From an uncultured virus (IMG/VR IMGVR_UViG_3300022907_001216) (taxonomy: Duplodnaviria > Heunggongvirae > Uroviricota > Caudoviricetes), in IMG/VR virus record IMGVR_UViG_3300022907_001216: DNA of 64,000 bases. One strand, 5' to 3'. Position 1 is the first letter of the stretch. Every line of letters starts with the position of its first letter. Shown here piece by piece: positions 28,870-38,423 of this stretch. The position numbers and the translations under genes were made by a program. Under the pieces are notes generated by a model. It had not been told where the DNA came from. It made no database searches and worked only from the letters and a program-made list of their open reading frames with translations.

Positions 28870-29954
28870 TTTATTTCCTTAAAATTAAAATTGTGTCTTA
28901 CACACCATTCATTAAATTTTGTTCTGTCTATGAATATACGAGGGTTATATACTTCTTGCATATGTAAATGCTCAACATTTTCGACCATGTCTAAAAATTC
29001 TTTTGGCAAATGGTTTTGAGGATTTAAACACATAGTACAAAGCCAATTAAAATTGTAATCAATTTTTTCTTGTAATTCTTCTTTTACTTTAGCATGATCT
29101 AAATCATGTAATTTGTTTATCTGTTTCCAAAATTCTTCAGCACGTTTTCTATCGTTGTCTATGCTATCAAAACTATAATCAATATATTCGTCAAACAGTT
29201 TAAATCCTAAATTTTCAAGTGCTTTGTTAAAATTTGGAACAGCATAGGTTACAAAAGGACGCTTATGTAAAATTGGAATGTATGTTTTTTCTGTTGTAAA
29301 TATACATTCTGTATTGCTTTCACATACTACACTCCATAAACTACTACCAAATTGTTTTGGAGGAAATAATATGTCATTTCTTGGATCATCAACTGACTCC
29401 CAATCAAGTTTTTGTGGAATGTTAGGTGTATCAAAGTATTTCCATTTATAGTCCCAATTGATATCGTTAGCACCCCATGAAACAAAACCTTTGTGTCGTT
29501 GATTTTGTTTATACATTTCATCAAAGAAAATACACCTATGTATATGACCTTTATTATTTAGACTTGTAAATGTTTTCTTAAAAACTTTGGGTTGTATTAC
29601 TGTATATTTGCTATTAATGTAAGTATGTAATGCTGCTGCTCCAAAATAATGCATATATTGTATTAAATTTTTGCCTTCGGTAATGTAATGCCTGTAATTT
29701 AATTCGGTGTCTAAATAAGCAGGTCTAATTAAAAATACTTCTACATTACATTCGGCAGCATATTTTAAAAAATCGTCCCAGTCTTGTCTATTTCCATACA
29801 CAGACATTACTTCATATTCTTCAAAGCCCATTATCATTAATTTTTTAACTTCTGGTTCGGCTATTTTTCTTCTAAGATGTTTACCGTCTATCTGTGCCCA
29901 AACAAACCAATAGTACACGCCATCAAATACTTTGTCAAATATAAATTTATCCAT
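28866..29954 (-). CDS. Putative glycosyltransferase (GT10/exostosin-like C-terminal domain)
   Basis: SLNNKGHIHR, SVVCES...FTTEKTYIPI...PFV...LGFKLFDEYIDYSFD. Confidence 0.5.
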   Translation of the reverse strand: MDKFIFDKVFDGVYYWFVWAQIDGKHLRRKIAEPEVKKLMIMGFEEYEVMSVYGNRQDWDDFLKYAAECNVEVFLIRPAYLDTELNYRHYITEGKNLIQYMHYFGAAALHTYINSKYTVIQPKVFKKTFTSLNNKGHIHRCIFFDEMYKQNQRHKGFVSWGANDINWDYKWKYFDTPNIPQKLDWESVDDPRNDILFPPKQFGSSLWSVVCESNTECIFTTEKTYIPILHKRPFVTYAVPNFNKALENLGFKLFDEYIDYSFDSIDNDRKRAEEFWKQINKLHDLDHAKVKEELQEKIDYNFNWLCTMCLNPQNHLPKEFLDMVENVEHLHMQEVYNPRIFIDRTKFNEWCVRHNFNFKEIK

Positions 29955-29958
29955 ATTA

Positions 29959-29988
29959 TAATTAAGTACGCATTTAATTTTGTAAATA
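29959..29988. promoter_or_regulatory. Divergent late-type promoter boxes, apparently leaderless
   Basis: Minus: TTAATTA (29965-29959), N4, ATG (29954). Plus: GTAAATA (29982-29988), N4, ATG (29993). Confidence 0.6.
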
Positions 29989-29992
29989 CGTT

Positions 29993-30994
29993 ATGAATAT
30001 TTATAGTACAAACGAATGGGATACGTTGAAAAAGGTTTGTGTCGGAGTTGCTGACTATTGCCGCATTCCCGAGATGGACGAAAGTTTGCGTGTAATCAAT
30101 TACGCAGACAGACAGGATGTAAGTGATGTAAAGGCTGGCTTATATCCTGATCAAGTTGTAGAAGAATCAAACGAAGATCTTGAAACTTTTGTAAAGTTTT
30201 TAGAAGGCGAGAGTGTTGAAGTAGTAAGACCTAAGCGTACAGAAGAAGTTGAATACTACAACTATTGCCCACGTGATACTGTATTTGTTCATGGCAACAG
30301 AGCTTTTGCTGCTCCAATGGCCCTCGCAGCAAGAGAAACAGAATGGCGACATCTACTGCCTGGTGTTAGTCCTATTGAAATAGGACACGGCATCGACAGA
30401 ACAGGATTGTATGACGAATCATGCGTTGGAGATCCAGATCGCCTTGCCCTCACTGAAGTAGCACCTTGTTTTGACGCTGCTAATGCTATTAGAGCTAACG
30501 ACGATATTTTGTATTTGGTAAGCAATAGTGGTAACAAAGCAGGTGCTGCTTATTTACAAACTTGGATAAACAAACCTGAAAACAGTTTTTCTGAACCAGG
30601 TAATATACGTGTTCATCGTCTTGAAGATGTATACAGCTATATGCATATCGATAGCACTATTGCGTTTTTGCGTGAAGGATTATTACTTGCTAATCCTAGC
30701 AGAATAAAAAGTATGGACGTTCTACCTGATCCTTTTAACAAATGGGATGTAATTTGGGCACCTGATGCTGTAGACGCTGGACACTATCCAGGATTGTGTA
30801 ACAGTAGTATTTGGACTTGGAACGTAAACTTGTTCAGTGTAAATCCAAACTTAGTTGTATTAGAAGAACATCAAGAGCCAACACGTAAGGCACTAGAAGC
30901 ACACGGTATTGAATGTGCTATGCTACCACTTCGCCATGCTAGAACGCTAGGCGGCTGTTTTCATTGCTGTACATTAGATCTCGTAAGAGGATAA
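29993..30994 (+). CDS. Amidinotransferase (glycine/inosamine-phosphate amidinotransferase family)
   Basis: NEWDTLK, NYCPRD, CFDAAN, HIDST, RTLGGCFHCCTLD. The Asp-His-Cys triad motifs are intact. Confidence 0.9.
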   Translation: MNIYSTNEWDTLKKVCVGVADYCRIPEMDESLRVINYADRQDVSDVKAGLYPDQVVEESNEDLETFVKFLEGESVEVVRPKRTEEVEYYNYCPRDTVFVHGNRAFAAPMALAARETEWRHLLPGVSPIEIGHGIDRTGLYDESCVGDPDRLALTEVAPCFDAANAIRANDDILYLVSNSGNKAGAAYLQTWINKPENSFSEPGNIRVHRLEDVYSYMHIDSTIAFLREGLLLANPSRIKSMDVLPDPFNKWDVIWAPDAVDAGHYPGLCNSSIWTWNVNLFSVNPNLVVLEEHQEPTRKALEAHGIECAMLPLRHARTLGGCFHCCTLDLVRG

Positions 30995-31765
30995 AATATC
31001 GTTAAGTTGTTCTGCTGTTGATAAATGGAATTCAGGACCATCGTGGCCACAATCTCTAGCACCAAAACTACCTACTGCTGAATGTATATGATGCATCTTT
31101 GTATATAAAGGTACTTCTAACCAATTTTGTTCCCAACAAAAATTTAGCACAGGCACACCAAGTGCTTGCCACACAGCGTTTAATCCTTCGTAATGTCCTT
31201 GTACTGTTAGATTCATGTCTCCAACATCATCTAAGTACCTTCTGCCCCACCATTTACCATCAAGTGTTTTTGTTTCGCTTCTATCATTTAACGTAATAAA
31301 AAATTGATTGTGTGTATCGCCAAATAAACGTCTTGTTTTTTGAGGCCATTGACATACAACTAATTTTGGTATTGGTAATTTATTTGCTTTCCACATTATA
31401 GAATTTTGAAAAGGCACAAGAGACGAACTTGCCTGTTTACTAGCATTAAATAGATCTAAACCGCAATACTCTGCTACATGCCTAGTCCAGATATCATCCT
31501 CTGATATTCCAACTCCTTCAGTAAAACTACATCCAAATGCTAACATAAAATTTTTATCTAAGTCTGATATTTCTTTTGTTCTATAACCTAAAGAATTAAA
31601 TTTATAATTAATTTTTTCAGTAGCATATCTCCATGTATGCCCCATCTTTTTCCTGTTAAATCTATAAGCATTTTCGTCATCGGTACTATACCATTCATAA
31701 TCACCGTTGACATGCTCTAGATCGATTAGAAGAGGAAAATTTGTATTAAAAGTAAGTTGATCCAT
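30974..31765 (-). CDS. SGNH/GDSL-like protein (GCSFT variant)
   Basis: YKFNSLGYR, LAFGCSFTEG, ARDCGHDG (DxxH). Confidence 0.6.
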   Translation of the reverse strand: MDQLTFNTNFPLLIDLEHVNGDYEWYSTDDENAYRFNRKKMGHTWRYATEKINYKFNSLGYRTKEISDLDKNFMLAFGCSFTEGVGISEDDIWTRHVAEYCGLDLFNASKQASSSLVPFQNSIMWKANKLPIPKLVVCQWPQKTRRLFGDTHNQFFITLNDRSETKTLDGKWWGRRYLDDVGDMNLTVQGHYEGLNAVWQALGVPVLNFCWEQNWLEVPLYTKMHHIHSAVGSFGARDCGHDGPEFHLSTAEQLNDILSSYEI

Positions 31766-31776
31766 TTTGTTTTACA

Positions 31777-31800
31777 ATAAATATATGCGTATATATTTAA
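31777..31800. promoter_or_regulatory. Face-to-face late-type promoter boxes
   Basis: Plus ATAAATA at 31777-31783, minus TTAAATA at 31800-31794. SD GGAG at 31809-31812 precedes TTG at 31820. Confidence 0.5.
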
Positions 31801-31819
31801 CCATCCATGGAGTACCAAA

Positions 31820-33163
31820 TTGTATAACTGGTTTAATTGCTTATATTTTATGCCTCGAAACAACTTACTGCCAGAGCTTATCAGAAAAGATGGTTCTAAA
31901 ACACCTCTATCTCAAATAAAAGAGATTGAAGGATTAATGGACTTAGTAAATGAAAGTTTTTTAAAAAAACATCCAGAACCAACAATTATTTACAATGGCA
32001 CACATACTATTCCAAATTTAGATAGATTGTTTTTAAGTCCTATTCATAACGAAATTTTAAAAACACAAAAAATAAATTTTTACTTTTTTGAAGTGCTAAC
32101 ACATTACATACCAAATAATCATGGAAGACTTGAACCGCATATTCTACGATATGATAATCAAGTCGAGCTAACAGAAACTATTAGATGTTACGAACTTGAC
32201 TCACTTGATAGCTGGGCAAAAAAACATAATATTGACTTACATGTACATTGTACTGATCATTTAAGTTGGAAACACTACAGTAAAATTTATAAAAATATTA
32301 AATTTAAAAGTACAGATTTATTTGTAAGCTGGTTTAGTAGTAGATTTTTAATGCAAGAAGATTATAATAGAGCTGGTATGGAACCTGGCGATATATATCC
32401 TGTTATAAATCCTAAGAAAATTTCTCAAAAGTTTTTCAGTGGCGCTTGGAGATACGACCCAACAAGACATTTCATGACTGCTTTTTTAGCAGCAAACGAT
32501 ATTACAAAAACTAACAATGTAAGTTTCTACCATAAATTATCTAACGAGGATATGGTAAACAATATGTGGTTTGATTGGAATACTTTTAAAGAAAAACATC
32601 CAAATATGTCGAAAATGCTTTTAGATGGCAATACAAAGTTACAAGAGCAAGTGCCACTACATTTTGAAGTTAGACATCCTAAAGCATGTAATATAACACA
32701 ACCAGATCCAGATTACAATACATCGGGTATGGTCAATCGAAGGCGTACACAGGATCCTGAAAGAATATACACAAAATCTTTTTGCGCAATAGTTAATGAA
32801 ACAAGAGTTACACAACCATGGTCAAATATAAGTGAAAAAACATTAAATGCTCTAAAAGCATTTCGCCCAATTGTAATGGTAGGCGCACCAGGTACATTAT
32901 CCTACTTACAAGAATTAGGATTTAAAACTTTTGGCGATTATTGGCCTGAAGAGTATGATAGTATTTTGTGTACAAGTGACAGATTAGTAGCAGTATGTGA
33001 TACAATTAATTATATTAACAATTTTAGTATTGACGAACTTAGAAAAATGTACAGGTCAATGATTCCTATTTTAGAACACAATTATAATAGAGTACAAACT
33101 GTATCAGAATGGTTTACCGATTATAATGCTAAACTAGACGAACAAATTTTATTAGCCCAGTAA
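31820..33163 (+). CDS. Putative glycosyltransferase (GT10/exostosin-like C-terminal domain)
   Basis: SFCAIVNET...NISEKTLNAL...PIVMVG...LQELGFKTF...EEYD. Confidence 0.5.
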   Translation: MYNWFNCLYFMPRNNLLPELIRKDGSKTPLSQIKEIEGLMDLVNESFLKKHPEPTIIYNGTHTIPNLDRLFLSPIHNEILKTQKINFYFFEVLTHYIPNNHGRLEPHILRYDNQVELTETIRCYELDSLDSWAKKHNIDLHVHCTDHLSWKHYSKIYKNIKFKSTDLFVSWFSSRFLMQEDYNRAGMEPGDIYPVINPKKISQKFFSGAWRYDPTRHFMTAFLAANDITKTNNVSFYHKLSNEDMVNNMWFDWNTFKEKHPNMSKMLLDGNTKLQEQVPLHFEVRHPKACNITQPDPDYNTSGMVNRRRTQDPERIYTKSFCAIVNETRVTQPWSNISEKTLNALKAFRPIVMVGAPGTLSYLQELGFKTFGDYWPEEYDSILCTSDRLVAVCDTINYINNFSIDELRKMYRSMIPILEHNYNRVQTVSEWFTDYNAKLDEQILLAQ

Positions 33164-33852
33164 GTATGCGCTGGTAATCTATGATGCCAATATTGTTGTC
33201 CTACAGTGTCAAATCCTTGCGATAAGCAGTGTTCCCAAAAACTTTCTTCAGCATTATCAAAATCTAAAAAATTATCTTTATCAATTTTGTTTATATAATA
33301 TGTATACCTCGGTGTGGTTTCACAACATTGAAAAGCATTTCTAAAAATGTATTTTAAATTATATGCTTTTAATAATTCTTGCGTTTGAATAATGTTATTA
33401 TACCTATTAATATTCCATTGAACAGGATTTATAAAAAGATGGTTGCCTAATACATCAAGATTTTTCCTCCATTGCTTAGGTGCCCAATCAGGATAATGCT
33501 GAGGATGTAAATGTGTTACATTTGTATCTGGAGCAAACTTTATAAAATCGTATGCTGTAGTTTTGCTCTTTTCATAAAAATATTCTGTTCTATCTGTACC
33601 TGTCCAATGTATTAAAAACAATGTATCTTTAGCAAGTTCTTTGTTTTCTAATAACCAGTACAAAGTTGTCCTAGCAATGTAATCATTGCTGGCTCCAGGA
33701 TATGCGCAATTTGTCCATGTAGCATTTAATTTACTAGCAATTTGTGCGCCAAAACAATTATCTCTATTATAGGTACCTTCGCCAATGCCGCTGCCTTCTA
33801 ATTCGCTTCCAGCACTATGACTACAACCATTTATAAAAACATGTTTATACAC
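33121..33852 (-). CDS. SGNH/GDSL-like protein (GCSH variant)
   Basis: INGCSHSAG, NCAYPGASN, YWHH..AH near the C-terminus. Confidence 0.55.
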   Translation of the reverse strand: MYKHVFINGCSHSAGSELEGSGIGEGTYNRDNCFGAQIASKLNATWTNCAYPGASNDYIARTTLYWLLENKELAKDTLFLIHWTGTDRTEYFYEKSKTTAYDFIKFAPDTNVTHLHPQHYPDWAPKQWRKNLDVLGNHLFINPVQWNINRYNNIIQTQELLKAYNLKYIFRNAFQCCETTPRYTYYINKIDKDNFLDFDNAEESFWEHCLSQGFDTVGQQYWHHRLPAHTYWANKICSSSLAL

Positions 33853-34810
33853 GCATAGGCTCCTTAGGTATAATAATATCTGTGCCGCAATGGCAGTGAT
33901 CTTTGTTACATATAACAGGTTTTAGATCAAATGTCAAGTTTTTATTAGTAATATTACCATGTGTTTGTCCGACTCCGCAACTTGCTCCACTTATGTCTCC
34001 ACGTGGATTAATAAACAACGCATCGTCTACTTGACATTTCCATCCTTTAAAAAAGTTTTGTCTAGCAGCTATTATTTTATTACTGTTTACAGGTTCAATG
34101 CCAGTATCGTAATGTGCCATGCTTACAGCGTAGTTTTCTCTATATGGTTTATCTATACGTTGTACAGTTTCAAATTCTGCGTTTTCGAGAAAATTTTGTT
34201 TTATTGGATCTTTGTATTGCCACGGTCCAGCATTTACACTCATTTCGTCAAATAACGGTGTCCATTCTAAATTATAATTCGGAACTTCTTGTCTGACACG
34301 TTTGCCAAATTCAACTACTTCCCAAAACCGATCATCATGCATTAACATTTTTGTACAAAGGTAATCAACTTTATCGCATAAAAATTTTGCGTTTTCTATA
34401 TAGCGATCTTTTTTACAAAACTCAACATGAAAACTAGCAACAATATCGTCAAACAAATGATAGTGTTCTTTCCAATATTTTAAAGGACGTGACAAATTAG
34501 TGTTTACAGCAACAGTAATATTAGGAATTTTTTCTTTTAGATGTTTAACTAAAGGTATAAAGTTTTCCCAATGCGTAGGTTCTCCACCACTAAAAAATAC
34601 TTTAAAATGTTTGTATCCACGCTGCTTGTAAGTGTTAAAAATTTTCATTGTATTATCTATATACAAATCCAAATTGCCATTGTTGCGATTATCACCTGCC
34701 CAGTTTCCAGGATTACAATAGGTACACTGAAAATTACAAAAATTATTTACTTGCCAAGTAAGACAAGCATAGGGTTCTGACATAGGTGTAATTTTAAGTA
34801 ATGTGCTCAC
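33845..34810 (-). CDS. Radical SAM protein, type B
   Basis: CNFQCTYC; SGGEPT; NTN; FKGWKC...C...CNKDHCHCGTD. Confidence 0.9.
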   Translation of the reverse strand: MSTLLKITPMSEPYACLTWQVNNFCNFQCTYCNPGNWAGDNRNNGNLDLYIDNTMKIFNTYKQRGYKHFKVFFSGGEPTHWENFIPLVKHLKEKIPNITVAVNTNLSRPLKYWKEHYHLFDDIVASFHVEFCKKDRYIENAKFLCDKVDYLCTKMLMHDDRFWEVVEFGKRVRQEVPNYNLEWTPLFDEMSVNAGPWQYKDPIKQNFLENAEFETVQRIDKPYRENYAVSMAHYDTGIEPVNSNKIIAARQNFFKGWKCQVDDALFINPRGDISGASCGVGQTHGNITNKNLTFDLKPVICNKDHCHCGTDIIIPKEPMRV

Positions 34811-36065
34811 GTAACCATCCTAACTCAGGAAACACAGCCCAAAAATCTTCTTTGCGATGTACATCTAATGTATGATTCTTTTTGAAAAATTGATTTAATT
34901 TTTCTTGATTATATTTTCCCATATTCATAAATTGTAGAACACTATCTATGTGTCCTAGTACTTCTCTTACCATATCTTCGCTATTGCATTTTTCATAGGC
35001 CCATTTTTTATAATCAATATATTTGGCACGTAATTCACGTTTATATTCTTCTGGTATATAATCAATACGCATAAAGTCAGGACCAGTTAAAACATTTAGT
35101 CTACACTTGTCAATATCTACTAGTCCACGTTCTACCCAGTCTATATGAAAATCTGGAAAGTTCCACACATTATACAAGCTAATAGTTGGTGTAATTTCAA
35201 AGTGTACATGAGGAACACGCTCTAACATTTCAACACGGTTTTGTTCAATCTGTTGCCAGTCAGTGCCGTGGCGCATAAACTCTGCTCTGTTTCCGTTAGC
35301 ATCTAAACTAGCACTTACTTGTACATCTTCAAACTGTTCCCAATAACTGTAAATACTTTTACTTTTGTAGCGCATGTTGCTAAAGTTTGTTGTGTAGCGT
35401 AAACGCACATCTGTCTTACCTGACTCGATCCATCTGTCTAATATTTTATAGTGTTCATTTGTAATAAGTGGTTCGCCGCCTGCCCAATACACTTCTTCGA
35501 CATCTGGCAAATACTTTTGTAAATTTTCCCAATAATTATTTTTCTTGGCAATATTTACAACAGTACTACCATTATTGTTAAGTATATTTGCTATTTCATG
35601 TTTACCGTATAATTCTCCATGTTCTTGCGCATGTAAACTACTAAGCTCAGGTCCACAACTACGACATTTCATGTTACAAATATTGCTAAATCTTACATCC
35701 ATGTAAGCCATACGCATTTCGTCTATACTGCCGTCTTCGTTAGTTTTTTCAACTAAGTCAAAATGCTTGTCTCCAAACCATTCGTTGCTGTTTTTACGTA
35801 GTGTCCAAATCCATGTACTCGCTTCTAATTCGTAACACCTTTTACAAGCGTCTAATTGTTTTCCTTGTAACATGGCTTTACGTAATTCTTTGTATTTTTC
35901 ACTATTCCAAACTTCTTCAATTGTATTTGTTTTTAAATCACCAAACGGCTGATCACTGTCAGCAATACAGCATGGCATAGCACGACCATCAGGCCATGCG
36001 TGCATATGAATCCAAGGTAGGATACAAAATGCTGTATCTTCTTTTAATAGTTTTTCTTTATCCAT
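34794..36065 (-). CDS. Radical SAM protein with N-terminal twitch domain (type C)
   Basis: FCILPW...PCC...WNS...CKRC; DVRFSNICNMKCRSC; WAGGEP. Confidence 0.9.
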   Translation of the reverse strand: MDKEKLLKEDTAFCILPWIHMHAWPDGRAMPCCIADSDQPFGDLKTNTIEEVWNSEKYKELRKAMLQGKQLDACKRCYELEASTWIWTLRKNSNEWFGDKHFDLVEKTNEDGSIDEMRMAYMDVRFSNICNMKCRSCGPELSSLHAQEHGELYGKHEIANILNNNGSTVVNIAKKNNYWENLQKYLPDVEEVYWAGGEPLITNEHYKILDRWIESGKTDVRLRYTTNFSNMRYKSKSIYSYWEQFEDVQVSASLDANGNRAEFMRHGTDWQQIEQNRVEMLERVPHVHFEITPTISLYNVWNFPDFHIDWVERGLVDIDKCRLNVLTGPDFMRIDYIPEEYKRELRAKYIDYKKWAYEKCNSEDMVREVLGHIDSVLQFMNMGKYNQEKLNQFFKKNHTLDVHRKEDFWAVFPELGWLREHIT

Positions 36066-37263
36066 CGATTAAATCTGCCAATTCAGGAAAAGTTTTAGTA
36101 AAACTTTCGTTTCGAATTTTATCTCTACGTATAGTATTATGTATAAATTCTTGCCCGTGTTCATTCCAAGTATTGGCACTTGTAGCAAATTTGAGTGCGT
36201 TTTCTATGTGTTGCGCACACCAGAATTCATCTCTAATTTGTGTTAGCAACTTTAATAAACTTAATGTACCCTTTTCTTTATGTAAATTAGGCAAATTTTG
36301 CGCACTGTAAAAACTAGGATTAAGCAAATGATAGATACTTATATAATCGTGTTTTCTTAACAAATCTTGGTCAATCATGTATGTAAAAAAGTCGCCTAGA
36401 GTAACATAATTTAAATTACTTAATACACAATTAAATTGATAATTTATAAAATCTACATCTCTAATTTTACGTAAATTGTTTTTTACATTAAACCATTTTG
36501 TACCATTACGTATGTATTCTGCTTTTTCTCCAAAATGATCAATACTAGCACTTACTTCTACATTTTTAAAGTTACTCCACATATCAAGTATGTCATACTT
36601 TTTATATTTAAAATTACTCATGTTTGTATTATATCGTAAGACAATATTTTTACAAGCACCAGTGTTGATCATTTCCTCTAGTATTGTATAATGTTCATCA
36701 GTAATTAATGGTTCGCCGCCAGCAAAGTAAGCAAGTTCCATATTAGGAATTTGTTCTAATATTTCATCTAGTAATTTTCCACTTTCGTCAGCATGTTGAA
36801 TTATCCTAAAATTTTCACCTTTGTCGTCGTGTTGTTTTTCTTCTTGCGCCCATTGACTACTAAATTCTCCGCCGCATGTTCTACATTTAAAATTACATAT
36901 ATTACTAAATCTTACATCAAAATAACGCATAGAAAAATCGTCTACGCTGCCGTCTTCGTTTGTTAACGGAATAAGATCATCATATAGATGTCCAAAATGT
37001 TCCAAACTATATTTTCTAAAACTATGCGGAGAATTTTCTTCGTGTTTGTAACAAAAAGTACATGCTTCATTTTTTCGCCCATTTAACATGTCTAATCTCA
37101 ATTGTTTCATACGATCAGTGTTGAAGGCTTTTTCAAGTGACATATTTTTTACATTAGCAAACGGCTCAACATAATCACTACTACAACAAGGATACACGTC
37201 TCCCTTAGGTGTAACATTTAAATGTAACCACGGAAACATACAAAATGTGCTGCTGTCTTTCAT
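36058..37263 (-). CDS. Radical SAM protein with N-terminal twitch domain (type C)
   Basis: FCMFPW...PCC...CTFC; DVRFSNICNFKCRTC; FAGGEP. Close tandem paralog of 34794..36065. Confidence 0.9.
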   Translation of the reverse strand: MKDSSTFCMFPWLHLNVTPKGDVYPCCSSDYVEPFANVKNMSLEKAFNTDRMKQLRLDMLNGRKNEACTFCYKHEENSPHSFRKYSLEHFGHLYDDLIPLTNEDGSVDDFSMRYFDVRFSNICNFKCRTCGGEFSSQWAQEEKQHDDKGENFRIIQHADESGKLLDEILEQIPNMELAYFAGGEPLITDEHYTILEEMINTGACKNIVLRYNTNMSNFKYKKYDILDMWSNFKNVEVSASIDHFGEKAEYIRNGTKWFNVKNNLRKIRDVDFINYQFNCVLSNLNYVTLGDFFTYMIDQDLLRKHDYISIYHLLNPSFYSAQNLPNLHKEKGTLSLLKLLTQIRDEFWCAQHIENALKFATSANTWNEHGQEFIHNTIRRDKIRNESFTKTFPELADLIDG

Positions 37264-38423
37264 ACCGAATCTAATAACCCTATTGTCATGTTATGTAAAT
37301 AATCTTTGTAATGTTGATTACGATTTTTATCAAACTGTAAAGTTTCTAGTTTTATTTCTTTAATCTTTTCTATGCTGTACTTATTATTAATCACACAGTC
37401 TTGTAAATAATTAGTAAAAGGTTCTGTTTGATATGGTTTTGTCATTGCTAGTAGCATTTCTTTAGCAATTAGAAGAAGATTATATGGTGCCCAACATACA
37501 TCGATATTGCGTCCTTGCGGATAAACATTTGTAACTACAAAATCACTTATGGGAAATTGTTCAGCCCAAGATATTGTTTCACGTACATTAAACATATTGT
37601 ATATTGTTGCTACATAGTTTATTTGAACAGTATAATTTTTTACATTTTTAAAAAAGTTTTTAACATTGTTTTCAAGTATAGAAAACGCAAAAGGATATCT
37701 TGTATATTCGTAAACTTTGTGTATACCGTCTATACTAAATGTAGCATTAACATGTTTAAATTTATTCAATCTTTGTACATTAGTATTAGAAAACTTAGTT
37801 GCGTTAGTATGTAGTTCTAAACTTATATTTTTTGATAAATCATTGTCAATACAGTAATCTAATAACTGTAAATATTCTTTTGACAAAAGTGGTTCTCCGC
37901 CACTTACTCTTATATTTGTAATTTGTTCTAGTACAGGATATAATACACTTATGTCATGTGGTGCTATGTCTGGCACACTAGTCCACCAATATTCATAACC
38001 ATCTTGTTTGAATAATTCAGCATCTTTGTTAAGTTGATTACTTAACGCAGGATGACACATTCTACATCTAAGATTACATTTGTTACCTAAATGTATATCA
38101 AGCCACTCTAACTTATTGTCTACTGTTGTATCTAACATTAGTCTTGGACTACTTCCGTATTTTTCTGCTTCATAGCAAGTATTACAAGCACTAGGATATT
38201 CTCCATTTAGCATCTGTGTACGAATATTTTGTAGTTGAGGCAAATCAAATAATTTTTCAACATCGTTGTGAATGTCTTTGTTAGTTTGTAAAGGATCAGG
38301 ATCTAATGGACTTGCCATATTACAACATGGATTGACACACTGGATGCCATCGCTATTCCAATGACTTATAGCAATTTGTTTAAAAGGGTAATAACAGTAT
38401 GAATTGTCCTTAGAAGGTTCCAT
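37260..38423 (-). CDS. Radical SAM protein with N-terminal twitch domain (type C)
   Basis: YCYYPF...PCC...CNTC; LDIHLGNKCNLRCRMC; SGGEP; HTNA. Confidence 0.9.
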   Translation of the reverse strand: MEPSKDNSYCYYPFKQIAISHWNSDGIQCVNPCCNMASPLDPDPLQTNKDIHNDVEKLFDLPQLQNIRTQMLNGEYPSACNTCYEAEKYGSSPRLMLDTTVDNKLEWLDIHLGNKCNLRCRMCHPALSNQLNKDAELFKQDGYEYWWTSVPDIAPHDISVLYPVLEQITNIRVSGGEPLLSKEYLQLLDYCIDNDLSKNISLELHTNATKFSNTNVQRLNKFKHVNATFSIDGIHKVYEYTRYPFAFSILENNVKNFFKNVKNYTVQINYVATIYNMFNVRETISWAEQFPISDFVVTNVYPQGRNIDVCWAPYNLLLIAKEMLLAMTKPYQTEPFTNYLQDCVINNKYSIEKIKEIKLETLQFDKNRNQHYKDYLHNMTIGLLDSV

